NCBI GenBank assembly: GCA_965112635.1
Contig: OZ218778.1
Coordinates: 2,432,001 to 2,496,000, forward strand
Source: an uncultured bacterium
GTDB taxonomy: Bacteria > Oederibacteriota > Oederibacteriia > Oederibacteriales > Oederibacteriaceae
DNA length: 64,000 nucleotides
Direction: 5' to 3'
The position numbers and the translations under genes are program-made. Shown in pieces: positions 48,830 through 57,651 of this stretch. The notes under the pieces are model-generated. The model worked only from the letters and a program-made list of their open reading frames with translations. It was not told where the DNA came from and did no database searches. Each line of letters begins with the position of its first letter. The first letter of the stretch is position 1.

Positions 48830-50106
48830 TTCCTATTCTCCTCTATCCAATCCAGCCGGCCCGCGGTATCTGCCTGCAAACGGTTGTAGTCGATCTTGGC
48901 CGAGTAACGGATCTTTTCCAGGGCTCTCTGGGCATCCACAAAAGAAGTCAGGGCTACCAGCACATCCAGGTTGGTCACTAGGCCGTTATTATAATCTTTT
49001 AGATTGGCCTTATAATTCTTCTCGTTAATTTCAACGGAATTTTGATACATCGTTAATTGGGACAAATCGGATTTCAAATTTTTATAATCTGTGCGTATAT
49101 TCTCAATAGCCATCCTCTCCACGCTGCTCAGGGCCTGCTCGCTCTGTCTTTCCTGGGAATCCGCTATTTTATCGTTGGCGGAAAGGACCCATCCGGTGAA
49201 GATCGGCAGGGTCACCACGATCTCGGCATCCCAGGCCACGTTTTGCAGCAGTCCGGGACGCTGGGGATAATAGTCCGCGATGGCATCTGCGGAAGGCAAA
49301 TGCGCTCCATTGGTAACTGTGATATTGTTTTTGGCCGCTTCTAGGTTTTTCTTGGCCGTAAGTACATCCGGTCTGTTATCCAACTTGGCTAAATAGGCTT
49401 CCAGAGGATCGGTCAAACTCGGCACCTCATCCATATCATTGAGCTGGATGTTTTCATCCAGACCGGTCAGGAAGGCCAGCACTTCTTTAGCTACCTCCAC
49501 CTGGTTGGACACCTGTTCCCTATTAGCCAGAAGGCTAGCCTGGGAAGCCTGTATTGTGAGGACTTCCGTGAGCCTGGAACGGCCTATCTCTACCCTGTCC
49601 TGTAGGTCTTTGATCCTTTTCTGGTACAGATCAAGCTCGCTATCCACGACCGTGAGATCCTTTTGCACCGATAAGAGTGCATAGAAACCTTGCGCTACAT
49701 CGCTATAAAGTTGCAACCCTGCCCACTCATAGGCTTGCTTTTGAGCTGTGATGAGTTTCCCGGTCTGGTCCAACGCCGCGTACTCTCTAAAGCCCCTGAA
49801 TAATGGTTGATCTGCTGTCACCTTGAGGGTGTTTTGCCATGCAGGTTGCGAGGCGCCGATAACGCTGGTTATCTGACTGGGATCCTGTACAAAACCAAGA
49901 TAAGAGGCATAGACATTGGGCATGATACTGCCCCAAGCCTGACTAAAATGTTCCTCAGCCTGGACCACGAACTCCTGCTGTGTGGCCAAAACCTCGCTCC
50001 TCTTCAAAGCTGCCTTAAAGCAGTCCTGCAGGGTCAGGGGCGCTGCGGCTGAAACCTGATAAGCGATCAACAAAGAAAAAAGGACCGATAACTTCGTCGA
50101 CTTCAT
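48826..50106 (-). CDS. TolC-family outer-membrane efflux protein
   Basis: LTLQDCFKAAL, QPLFRG, RPDV, LPIFTG and YNNGLVTNLDVL motifs; start set at ATG 50106. Confidence 0.9.
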   Translation of the reverse strand: MKSTKLSVLFSLLIAYQVSAAAPLTLQDCFKAALKRSEVLATQQEFVVQAEEHFSQAWGSIMPNVYASYLGFVQDPSQITSVIGASQPAWQNTLKVTADQPLFRGFREYAALDQTGKLITAQKQAYEWAGLQLYSDVAQGFYALLSVQKDLTVVDSELDLYQKRIKDLQDRVEIGRSRLTEVLTIQASQASLLANREQVSNQVEVAKEVLAFLTGLDENIQLNDMDEVPSLTDPLEAYLAKLDNRPDVLTAKKNLEAAKNNITVTNGAHLPSADAIADYYPQRPGLLQNVAWDAEIVVTLPIFTGWVLSANDKIADSQERQSEQALSSVERMAIENIRTDYKNLKSDLSQLTMYQNSVEINEKNYKANLKDYNNGLVTNLDVLVALTSFVDAQRALEKIRYSAKIDYNRLQADTAGRLDWIEENRK

Positions 50107-50298
50107 TATATATAGCTCCCTATAAAAGCCTGATAATTGCAAAACACTTTTTTGCCATACCTGCCCTCTATTGGCAATAGGAATTTTTTGAAAAAATCTG
50201 ACCCTATGATATTAACCGAGCACCCTATCAAAGGCTTCTCATTTTTGTACCAATTTGTACCAATATGTATCCTGCTTGTGGAATAGCGACACCAAAAC

Positions 50299-50354
50299 TT
50301 GACAAAAACATACTACCACATTATTATGGATACATCTATAATAGATATGTCCAT
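50299..50354 (+). promoter_or_regulatory. sigma70 promoter with an overlapping palindromic MarR-type operator
   Basis: TTGACA (50299)-17 bp-TATTAT (50322); near-perfect palindrome ATGGATACATCTATAATAGATATGTCCAT at 50326-50354. Confidence 0.8.
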
Positions 50355-50374
50355 TAAAATGGGATTGGATATTT

Positions 50375-50812
50375 ATGAAAACTGACGACATTCTAAAAAA
50401 AATTGTTTTTGTCCGAAGGGCAGCCTACCGGTTGTCCTCCCACCGTCTCAAGGCTCTGGAACTGAACCCCATCCAGGGCGGCTTTATCCGGCATCTCGCC
50501 CGGGAAGGCAAGCTGTCCCAAGCCGAGATATCCCGTTTGAGCGGATGCGACCCCGCGGCCACGGGTAAAACCATTGATTGTCTTATCAAACACAGATGGA
50601 TAGTCAAACATGACCATCCGACGGACCGTCGCCGCTCGGTAATTACCCTGAGTCCCAAAGGCAAAAAGGCGGACGCTAAAGTTATCAAGCATTTTGCCAG
50701 CGCTTCCAAGGAGATCCTTTCTCCTCTCAGCCAGAGCGAGGTCAAAGTTTTTTCAGCTTTACTGGACAAGATCATCCATAAACTTACAGCCAAACAGTCA
50801 ACTAATCCTTGA
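50375..50812 (+). CDS. MarR-family transcriptional regulator
   Basis: LSQAEISRL and DRRRSVITLSPKGK motifs. Confidence 0.92.
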   Translation: MKTDDILKKIVFVRRAAYRLSSHRLKALELNPIQGGFIRHLAREGKLSQAEISRLSGCDPAATGKTIDCLIKHRWIVKHDHPTDRRRSVITLSPKGKKADAKVIKHFASASKEILSPLSQSEVKVFSALLDKIIHKLTAKQSTNP

Positions 50813-50824
50813 AAGGAGCCATTA

Positions 50825-51703
50825 ATGCCTGGTGAAAATGCTCAGAATACATACCCTTCTGCAATACCCAATAATAATGGTAATAAACCTGACCCCTGGT
50901 GGAAACATCCCCGAGCCCGCTTGGCTGCCTGGATCACTCTAGGTGTCCTTTTTCTTTGTTTTTTGGTCTGGCTTTTCTTTTTCTTTCCTTATGTTTCTAC
51001 CAATGACGCCCGCATCGCCGCGACCATCATCCGGCTTGCTCCGGAAGCCCCGGCCGGCGGCCGTGTCTTGAAGATCAACGTGGATGAAGGCGACACGGTC
51101 CAAAAAGGCCAGGTCCTCCTGGAAATCGACCCGCGCGCGGCCCAGGCCCAGCTCCAACGGGCCCAGGCTCAGGCGGTTTTGACTGCAGCCAACCTTCGCC
51201 GGACCCAGCAGCTGGCCAATGAGAAAGGCGTCCCCCCCCGCGACCTGGATGTGGCCCGTGCCGCGGCCCAGACCGCCGAGGCCGACCTGAAGTTAGCCGA
51301 GTTGGCCCTGGAACGATGCAACCTCAAAAGTCCGGTCAATGGCATCGTGATCCAAAGGACCTCCGAGGTCGGTAATATTCTTGAACCCAACCAGACCGCC
51401 CTGACCCTGGCCGATATCGATACTGCCTGGGTTTCCTGCAATATTGAGGAGGGTTATGCGGGACGAGTCAAGCCGGACCAGCCGGTCAAGATTTCTGTGG
51501 ACGAAGGCGGCCGGATGACCGGGACTGTGGAAGAGACCGATGCCGCCTCCGCCGCCCAGTTCGCCCTCATTCCCGCGGAAAACCCTTCCGGGAACTATAT
51601 CAAGCTGGTCCAACGCATCCCGGTCAAGATCAAGCTCGACTCCCATCCCGACCTTAAGCTCAGGGTTGGGGAGTCGGTCGAGGTCAAGATTAAGGTTCAT
51701 TAA
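50825..51703 (+). CDS. HlyD/EmrA-family membrane fusion protein
   Basis: STNDA, VDEGDTVQKGQVL, FALIPAENPSGNYIKLVQRIPVKI motifs. Confidence 0.92.
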   Translation: MPGENAQNTYPSAIPNNNGNKPDPWWKHPRARLAAWITLGVLFLCFLVWLFFFFPYVSTNDARIAATIIRLAPEAPAGGRVLKINVDEGDTVQKGQVLLEIDPRAAQAQLQRAQAQAVLTAANLRRTQQLANEKGVPPRDLDVARAAAQTAEADLKLAELALERCNLKSPVNGIVIQRTSEVGNILEPNQTALTLADIDTAWVSCNIEEGYAGRVKPDQPVKISVDEGGRMTGTVEETDAASAAQFALIPAENPSGNYIKLVQRIPVKIKLDSHPDLKLRVGESVEVKIKVH

Positions 51704-51727
51704 GCCAACCCAGAAGGAAACACAAAA

Positions 51728-53290
51728 ATGCCCCCAGAACAGGTTTACGACAAAAAATATCAGTGGGAAGTTTTGATCGTGGTCATGATCGGCATGTTCA
51801 TGGCCGTACTGGACTCCAGCATCGTCAATGTTTCCCTGCCCACCATGATGGCGGACCTGGGCGTGAATGTGGACGATATTGAATGGGTGGTCACAGGTTA
51901 TATGTTGGCTTTTGCCGCGCTCATGCCCTTGACCGGATGGTTCCGCGACCACATAGGTCATAAAAAATTATATTTGGGCGCTCTGGGTTTGTTCACCCTG
52001 GGTTCGGCTCTTTGCGGCCTGGCCTGGAATCTGCCCTCTTTGATCATCGCCCGCATCATTCAGGCCTTGGGAGGAGGCGCTATGGGGCCCACCAGTATGG
52101 CCATGGTCTCCGAGGTGTTCCCTCCCCAGGAAAGGGGCAAGGCCATCGGCATCTGGGGTATCGGCATCATCATGGGTCCGGCCATCGGCCCAACTCTGGG
52201 CGGGTTTTTGACCAAATATTACGGATGGCGGTCCATTTTCACCGTCAATATACCCGTCGGCATCATCGGATTTATCCTGGCTATGGCCCTGCTAAAACAG
52301 GACACGCCTCCCCACTCCCAAAAACGGGATTTTGACCTGGCCGGCTTTGTGGCCCTGACCACTTTCCTGGTGGCTTTTTTACTTGGCATATCCAAGGGAG
52401 AAAGAGAGGGTTGGGGTTCGACCTATATTATCACTTGCTGGTTCCTGTCCATCCTAGGCCTGGCCGGATTCCTGGTCACCGAAAGCCTGGTGACTGATGG
52501 GATCGTTGACACGAAACTGTTCCGCATCCCCGTTTTTTCGTCCTGCATCATCGTCGGCGCCGTGCGGTCGGTGGCCCTTTTCGGAGGCATCTTCCTTCTC
52601 CCTTTATTCTTGCAAAATATAATGGGTTACGAACCCATTGACAGCGGATTGATCCTCCTGCCCAGCTCCCTGGTCGTGGCCGTAGTCATGCCTTTAGCCG
52701 GACGTCTGGGCGATAAAATAGGACCTCGCTTGCCCAGTATTTTCGGCCTCATGCTTTGCGCCTACTCCTTTTATTTATACAGGACCATCGATGTCAACAC
52801 CGGCTTATGGGGAATCATCTACCCTACCCTGATCAGGTCTGTGGGCATGCCTTTGCTGATGTCCCCCATCATGGCCGCTGCGGTGAATTCTGTTCCAAAA
52901 AACAAGGTCGCTATGGCCTCTTCCATGCTCAACATCACCCAGCAGGTGGGTGGTGCTATCGGCATAGCGGTTTTGACCACGATCCTGAGTCATCGGACCG
53001 TTTTTCATACCGGAGCCATGGGGTCCCTGGTCGACAGAGGGTCTCCAGCCATGCACCAAGCCATGGTCAATGTCTCGTCCCGGGCGCACGAGCTTGGTTT
53101 CAGCATGGCTAATTCCATCCGGATCGCATCCATGGCCGTTGGCGGGTATGTACACAAGATGGCTTTCGTGGGAGGCTTTGAAGATACTTTTATTTTTGCC
53201 GCCTTTGCGGTGGGCATTGGGATGTTGGCTTCCTTTCTTTTACCTAACAAACCGGTGGGACACGTACCCCAGGGAGCGCAGGCAGATTAA
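51728..53290 (+). CDS. DHA2 (EmrB/QacA) MFS efflux permease
   Basis: MAVLDSSIVNVSLP, WVVTGYML, GPAIGPTLGG and WRSIFTVNIPVG motifs. Confidence 0.94.
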   Translation: MPPEQVYDKKYQWEVLIVVMIGMFMAVLDSSIVNVSLPTMMADLGVNVDDIEWVVTGYMLAFAALMPLTGWFRDHIGHKKLYLGALGLFTLGSALCGLAWNLPSLIIARIIQALGGGAMGPTSMAMVSEVFPPQERGKAIGIWGIGIIMGPAIGPTLGGFLTKYYGWRSIFTVNIPVGIIGFILAMALLKQDTPPHSQKRDFDLAGFVALTTFLVAFLLGISKGEREGWGSTYIITCWFLSILGLAGFLVTESLVTDGIVDTKLFRIPVFSSCIIVGAVRSVALFGGIFLLPLFLQNIMGYEPIDSGLILLPSSLVVAVVMPLAGRLGDKIGPRLPSIFGLMLCAYSFYLYRTIDVNTGLWGIIYPTLIRSVGMPLLMSPIMAAAVNSVPKNKVAMASSMLNITQQVGGAIGIAVLTTILSHRTVFHTGAMGSLVDRGSPAMHQAMVNVSSRAHELGFSMANSIRIASMAVGGYVHKMAFVGGFEDTFIFAAFAVGIGMLASFLLPNKPVGHVPQGAQAD

Positions 53291-53312
53291 TTTTTTAGGA
53301 GGTTTATAAAAA

Positions 53313-54617
53313 ATGAATACCCGTTTAAAAGTATTTATACTTATTCTGGCTGTCCTTTCCAGCAGGGTTTGGGCTCTGACTACGGAACAGGCAGTTAAGA
53401 TCGCCCTGGAAAACAACCCGGATATCCAGCGCTTGCAGGCCGCCGCGGAAGCGGCTTCCTGGAAAAGGCTGGCAACCTTTTCACCCAATTTGCCACATCT
53501 CACGCTGAGGGGCAGCAATATCTCGGACGCCAACTATCCACTGGAAGGTCTTCATTTGGGACCCCTAGCCTATGTTCTGCCCGGAGCCTATCCCACCACG
53601 ACCGGGGACATGGACCTGACCTGGACGGTCTTTGACGGCCTGAGCACTTTTAATGCCTGGCGGGGCAGCGATCTGGAATACGAGGCCGCGGAACTTGATT
53701 ATTCGTCTGCCACCTTCCGCTTGGAACGCCAGGTTAAAACCTGCTTTTACCAGGCTCTGGCGGCCAAGGAATTGGAAGAAGTAGCCCAGCGTAATGTGGA
53801 CACTCTGCAATCCCACCTGGACCTGGCCAAGGCCAATGAGGACAGCGGTGTGGCCACCTCGTTCGATGTCCTGCGCATCGAAGCGCAGATGGAAGAAGCC
53901 CGGGCGGAAAAGGACATTGCCACGGACAACACTATGCTGGCCCGCCGGACTTTAAATCAGACCATGGGGATCACGGAAGACACCAGTCCTTTGGAAGGCG
54001 AACTTCCCTTGCCCCCGGACCACCCCAGGGATTATCTGGCCAAGACCAGTGACGGACCGCGTGATGACATCAAAGCCAGCCTTAAGAGGAAGGAATCCGC
54101 GGACGCCCAAAACCTGGCCCTGGCTGGGTCTTTGCTCATGCCCAAAGTTTCCCTGTTCCTTGACGAAGAATATTACAAATACACCCAGGTTTTTGATCCT
54201 GCCGTCATTCCCCTGGACTGGCAGCGTTCTTATAACTGGGGATTAAGTTTGAACTGGGATATCTTTGACGGCGGCTTGACCCTTGCCCGTCAACAGGAAG
54301 TTGCCGCCCGGGTCAAGCAGGCCGAACAGGCCTCCCGGTCTCTCCAGCTCCACGCCGCGGATGACGTGGAACTTTGGAAACGCCAGCTCGTCAACAGTAC
54401 TACCCTGTACCTTGCCCGCCAGCGGGCCCTGGCCAAGTCCGAGGAAAGCGTACGTCTGGCCACCCTCGGCCTCAAAGCCGGCACCCGGACCCACACCGAA
54501 GTCCTGGACGCCGAACTGGACCTTTTCAGCACCCGCGCCAATATCATCAAAGCCCAGCTGGACGCGGCCACAGCCCTGCTCAACCTGGAAATCGCCCTCG
54601 GCAAAAGCCTGCAATAA
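53313..54617 (+). CDS. TolC-family outer-membrane efflux protein
   Basis: ALENNP, WTVFDG, WDIFDGG and AGTRTHTEVLDAE motifs. Confidence 0.9.
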   Translation: MNTRLKVFILILAVLSSRVWALTTEQAVKIALENNPDIQRLQAAAEAASWKRLATFSPNLPHLTLRGSNISDANYPLEGLHLGPLAYVLPGAYPTTTGDMDLTWTVFDGLSTFNAWRGSDLEYEAAELDYSSATFRLERQVKTCFYQALAAKELEEVAQRNVDTLQSHLDLAKANEDSGVATSFDVLRIEAQMEEARAEKDIATDNTMLARRTLNQTMGITEDTSPLEGELPLPPDHPRDYLAKTSDGPRDDIKASLKRKESADAQNLALAGSLLMPKVSLFLDEEYYKYTQVFDPAVIPLDWQRSYNWGLSLNWDIFDGGLTLARQQEVAARVKQAEQASRSLQLHAADDVELWKRQLVNSTTLYLARQRALAKSEESVRLATLGLKAGTRTHTEVLDAELDLFSTRANIIKAQLDAATALLNLEIALGKSLQ

Positions 54618-54690
54618 GGATTTTCTTGCGGTCTAAAAGGGATAGCCTATAATTATCCTTAGAAATTAACCCCTTCTATAAGGAGCGTCC

Positions 54691-56214
54691 ATGCTAAAAA
54701 ACTATTTTCTTTCTCTTTTACCAATACTCATCCTGTGTTTTGCCACGGGCTGTAAAGCTTCAGCCCAGGAGGTCCAGAGGAAACCGGCCAATGCTGGGGC
54801 TTTTTACCCGGCTACCAAAGACGAGATCAAACAGAACCTCACCCAGTTTTTGGCTGCCGCTAAAAACCCTTTATCATATATTCCCCGGGCGATCATCGCC
54901 CCGCATGCCGGATACCAGTACAGCGGGCCGACCGCTGCTTTTTCTTATAAAACCATCGAAGGGAAAGGAGATTCCATCCACCGCGTCATTCTACTGGCTC
55001 CCGCCCATTATGCAGGTTATCGCGGAGTGGTGGTCAACGAACGCATCTACAATACACCGCTGGGCCGCTATGCCTCGGATAAAGAAGCCATCCAGAAACT
55101 TAAAGAGCAGGATTTTCCCCATGTGTCCAATGAAACAGAAGAGACCAGGGAGCACGCGGATGAAGTTCAGATCCCCTTTTTGCAAACCGTGCTTCCCCAA
55201 GCCAAATTGGTACCTATGATCGTGGGCCAGCTGGATGAAAACGACCTGGAAAAAACAGCCCGCGCCATCAGCGCTATCATCGATGAACACACCCTGCTGG
55301 TAGTGAGTTCCGATTTCACTCACTATGGCACTCGGTTCGATTACACTCCCAAATTCAAAACCTCCGTGCCTGATGGTATCCACCAGTTGGATAAAAAAGC
55401 TGCCAACCTCATTGCCCAGGGAAATTTCCTTGGGTTTGCCCAATTTTTAGAGCAAACTCAAGATACCATCTGCGGCCAATACCCCATCCTGGTCCTTTTA
55501 AAGATCTTTGAGATCAATAACTGGCAGGCTCAGGGCCAATTGCTCCACTACACGACCAGCGGCGACCAGTTTAACGACTTTTCCAACAGCGTCAGTTATG
55601 TTTCCCTGGCCCTCGGCATGCTGGGTGAAAAACCCCAGGCTGCCAAGGTCGCCGGGGCTCTGACCTCCGAGGAAAAAAAGACTTTGCTGGCCTTGTCGCG
55701 CCTGGTCCTGCAGAAATTCGTCAAAGAGGGCACGGATGATTTTACCGCTGACCTCAAAAAGCTCACTGTGACCGACACCCTTCGCGCCAAATCCGGGGTC
55801 TTTGTCACCCTGACCTTGGGAGGCAACCTGCGCGGATGCATCGGCTATATCATCCCCATGACCTCGTTGGTAGAGGGCGTCATCGAGAACACCATCAACG
55901 CTTCCGCTCACGATCCCCGTTTCAGGCCGGTCACCCCTGCAGAACTCAAAAGTATCCACATAGAGATATCGGCCATGTCTCCCCTGATCCCGGTCAAAAG
56001 TCTGGACGAGATACAGGTCGGCCGTGACGGGCTGGTCCTCAAAAACGGCGGATATTCCGGGGTCTTCCTGCCACAGGTTCCCGTGGAACAGGGCTGGGAC
56101 AAGCAGACCTATCTGGAGGAGCTGGGGCACAAAGCCGGGCTGGACAGCTCTGCTTATAAGGATAAAAACACCGTGCTCCAGCGCTTCACCGCCCAGGTGT
56201 TCGGAGAGCATTAA
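54691..56214 (+). CDS. AmmeMemoRadiSam protein B (MEMO1) - protein A (AMMECR1) fusion with an N-terminal signal peptide
   Basis: RKPANAGAFYP, APHAGYQYSG, EHADEVQIPFLQ, SSDFTHYG and TICG; then GVFVTL, LRGCIG, DPRF, GVFLPQV and KAGL. Confidence 0.92.
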   Translation: MLKNYFLSLLPILILCFATGCKASAQEVQRKPANAGAFYPATKDEIKQNLTQFLAAAKNPLSYIPRAIIAPHAGYQYSGPTAAFSYKTIEGKGDSIHRVILLAPAHYAGYRGVVVNERIYNTPLGRYASDKEAIQKLKEQDFPHVSNETEETREHADEVQIPFLQTVLPQAKLVPMIVGQLDENDLEKTARAISAIIDEHTLLVVSSDFTHYGTRFDYTPKFKTSVPDGIHQLDKKAANLIAQGNFLGFAQFLEQTQDTICGQYPILVLLKIFEINNWQAQGQLLHYTTSGDQFNDFSNSVSYVSLALGMLGEKPQAAKVAGALTSEEKKTLLALSRLVLQKFVKEGTDDFTADLKKLTVTDTLRAKSGVFVTLTLGGNLRGCIGYIIPMTSLVEGVIENTINASAHDPRFRPVTPAELKSIHIEISAMSPLIPVKSLDEIQVGRDGLVLKNGGYSGVFLPQVPVEQGWDKQTYLEELGHKAGLDSSAYKDKNTVLQRFTAQVFGEH

Positions 56215-56237
56215 GGCTTTATCATCAATTCGATTCA

Positions 56238-56268
56238 GTCATCCCCGCAGTCTTTTAGCGGGAATCCA
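56238..56268. repeat. Single REP/dRS3-like hairpin
   Basis: GTCATCCCCGCAGTCTTTTAGCGGGAATCCA, right after the last GC-rich host gene. Confidence 0.5.
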
Positions 56269-56298
56269 TTAATTTCTATGAATCCCTTTGTAAAACAC

Positions 56299-56652
56299 TT
56301 GTCATAAATCCCCTTGTCAAATAAGGCCAAAAAGTAGTTGTCATAAATAGTTGTCATAAATTCAGGTGGTTGTCATAACGGTTGTCATAAAACCCCTTGT
56401 CAAATAAGCACAAAAAGTTGTTGTCATAAACGCTTGTCATAAGTTCATTCCCAAAATACGTCTCACCTTTGCGTCTCAGCCAGCAAAGCTGGCTGAGATT
56501 TTATGTCACACTTTTATGTCACACTTTTTTTGGCGTGATTTTTGCCTTATTATATATGGACGTTTATACACGAACTCCAAAAGAAGGGTATTATTTTATG
56601 TCACAGTTCGGGGCCAACTAGGGTGTTGAAACTTTCACCACTTTTGCGTCTC
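56299..56652. repeat. Non-coding array of paired short direct repeats at the island border
   Basis: TTGTCATAA at 56299, 56338, 56351, 56370, 56382, 56421 and 56434 (83-bp higher-order duplication); CGTCTCA pair; TTTTATGTCACA at 56499, 56512 and about 56595. Confidence 0.85.
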
Positions 56653-56935
56653 TTTCGGGTTAGCTGGCCTCCCAGATTTTACATAATTTATGTAAATTGT
56701 CGCTCTGCCACCCCACCAAGGTGTGTTCTTAGCCTTATAAAATAAGGGGTTTTGGCATTTCCGCTAAAATACCATTGTAAAACAAGGGATTTGTCCGGCT
56801 TGGAATCTCAGGGTGGGTTGAATTAAGGAAGGCACCAAAAAAATCCACGGTTTATAGCATTAATCAAATGCGGGAGAATAAAGGATAGTTGCGGAAAGAG
56901 GCTGGGGCAGGGAGAAGGTTAGCCGCGACCCCGGG

Positions 56936-57619
56936 TCACGTTTTGGGCTTGTTTTTTTCCATTAATGAAATTGGTTTTGTGTATAAAGCATAGTCACATC
57001 CAGTCCGTACCGCCTGCTCCTTCATCCAATTTACCCCTGTTGGGCCAAGATCAACTTCCACAGGGCAGTTACTACGCGCTGCTCCCTCGTAAAATTCGTG
57101 ACACCATAAATCTACGAATTCCCGGCCTTGTTCTTTGGCCTGTTGGCTTAATTTTGCCTTGCCTGTTTGCGTATGACCATCAATAGCCTCCGACGGTATC
57201 GGGACGACCTTTCCCGCCTTCCAGTCAGTGTCCACACAAGCGGCCAAATCATCGGCCTGTCTGTTTTTGGGAGAGCGGCACATCAGGATAATGGCAAGGG
57301 CAGCGATATTTTTCTCAGGCAGGAGAATGATGGACTCGCCTGTCTTGTCATCCTTCTCTTTTTTCCGCAAGCTCTCCCACATCTGCGCCAGAGCATTGAC
57401 CTGAACCATTACGTTCGGGTTGGCAAGCCCTATATCCTCCACGGCGCAAATGCAGAGTCTCTTCCAGGCGTAGAGGTCATAACCGCTTTCCGCCAAATCC
57501 CAGAAAAAAAACAGGGATTCGTATTCCTTACCCCTTCTTATTGATTTCTGCAAAGCCGAGACAGTTTCATCAAACCTGTTGCCAGACTTTAAATTTGAAC
57601 TTTTTACGCTCGATTCCAT
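56936..57619 (-). CDS. Stand-alone RarA/MgsA C-terminal-domain-like protein (no AAA module)
   Basis: SALQKSIRRG, WKRLCICAVEDIGLANP, MCRSPKNR and AIDGHT; no Walker A; GAGGAGG RBS before ATG 57619. Confidence 0.75.
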   Translation of the reverse strand: MESSVKSSNLKSGNRFDETVSALQKSIRRGKEYESLFFFWDLAESGYDLYAWKRLCICAVEDIGLANPNVMVQVNALAQMWESLRKKEKDDKTGESIILLPEKNIAALAIILMCRSPKNRQADDLAACVDTDWKAGKVVPIPSEAIDGHTQTGKAKLSQQAKEQGREFVDLWCHEFYEGAARSNCPVEVDLGPTGVNWMKEQAVRTGCDYALYTKPISLMEKNKPKT

Positions 57620-57651
57620 AAAAACCTCCTCTTTAAATAGAATACCGAAGA

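Noticed and set aside
50243-50266. Direct repeat TTTGTACCAA x2 in the tolC-marR intergenic region
   Set aside because: Only two short copies. It could be a regulator site, but there is no further support.
56280-56530. Possible CRISPR array near a Cas4-like nuclease
   Set aside because: The repeats are only 9-13 bp, the intervening sequences are short and themselves duplicated, and no cas1/cas2 or effector genes are present. The nuclease is TM0106-type.
56542-56745. 67-aa ORF inside the repeat region
   Set aside because: TTG start without an RBS, no recognisable motif, and it overlaps the repeat and palindrome elements.
56215-56935. tRNA or tmRNA as the island integration site
   Set aside because: No cloverleaf, T-loop (GTTCRA) with acceptor stem, or CCA end could be recognised by eye. 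A tRNAscan-SE/ARAGORN run would settle it.
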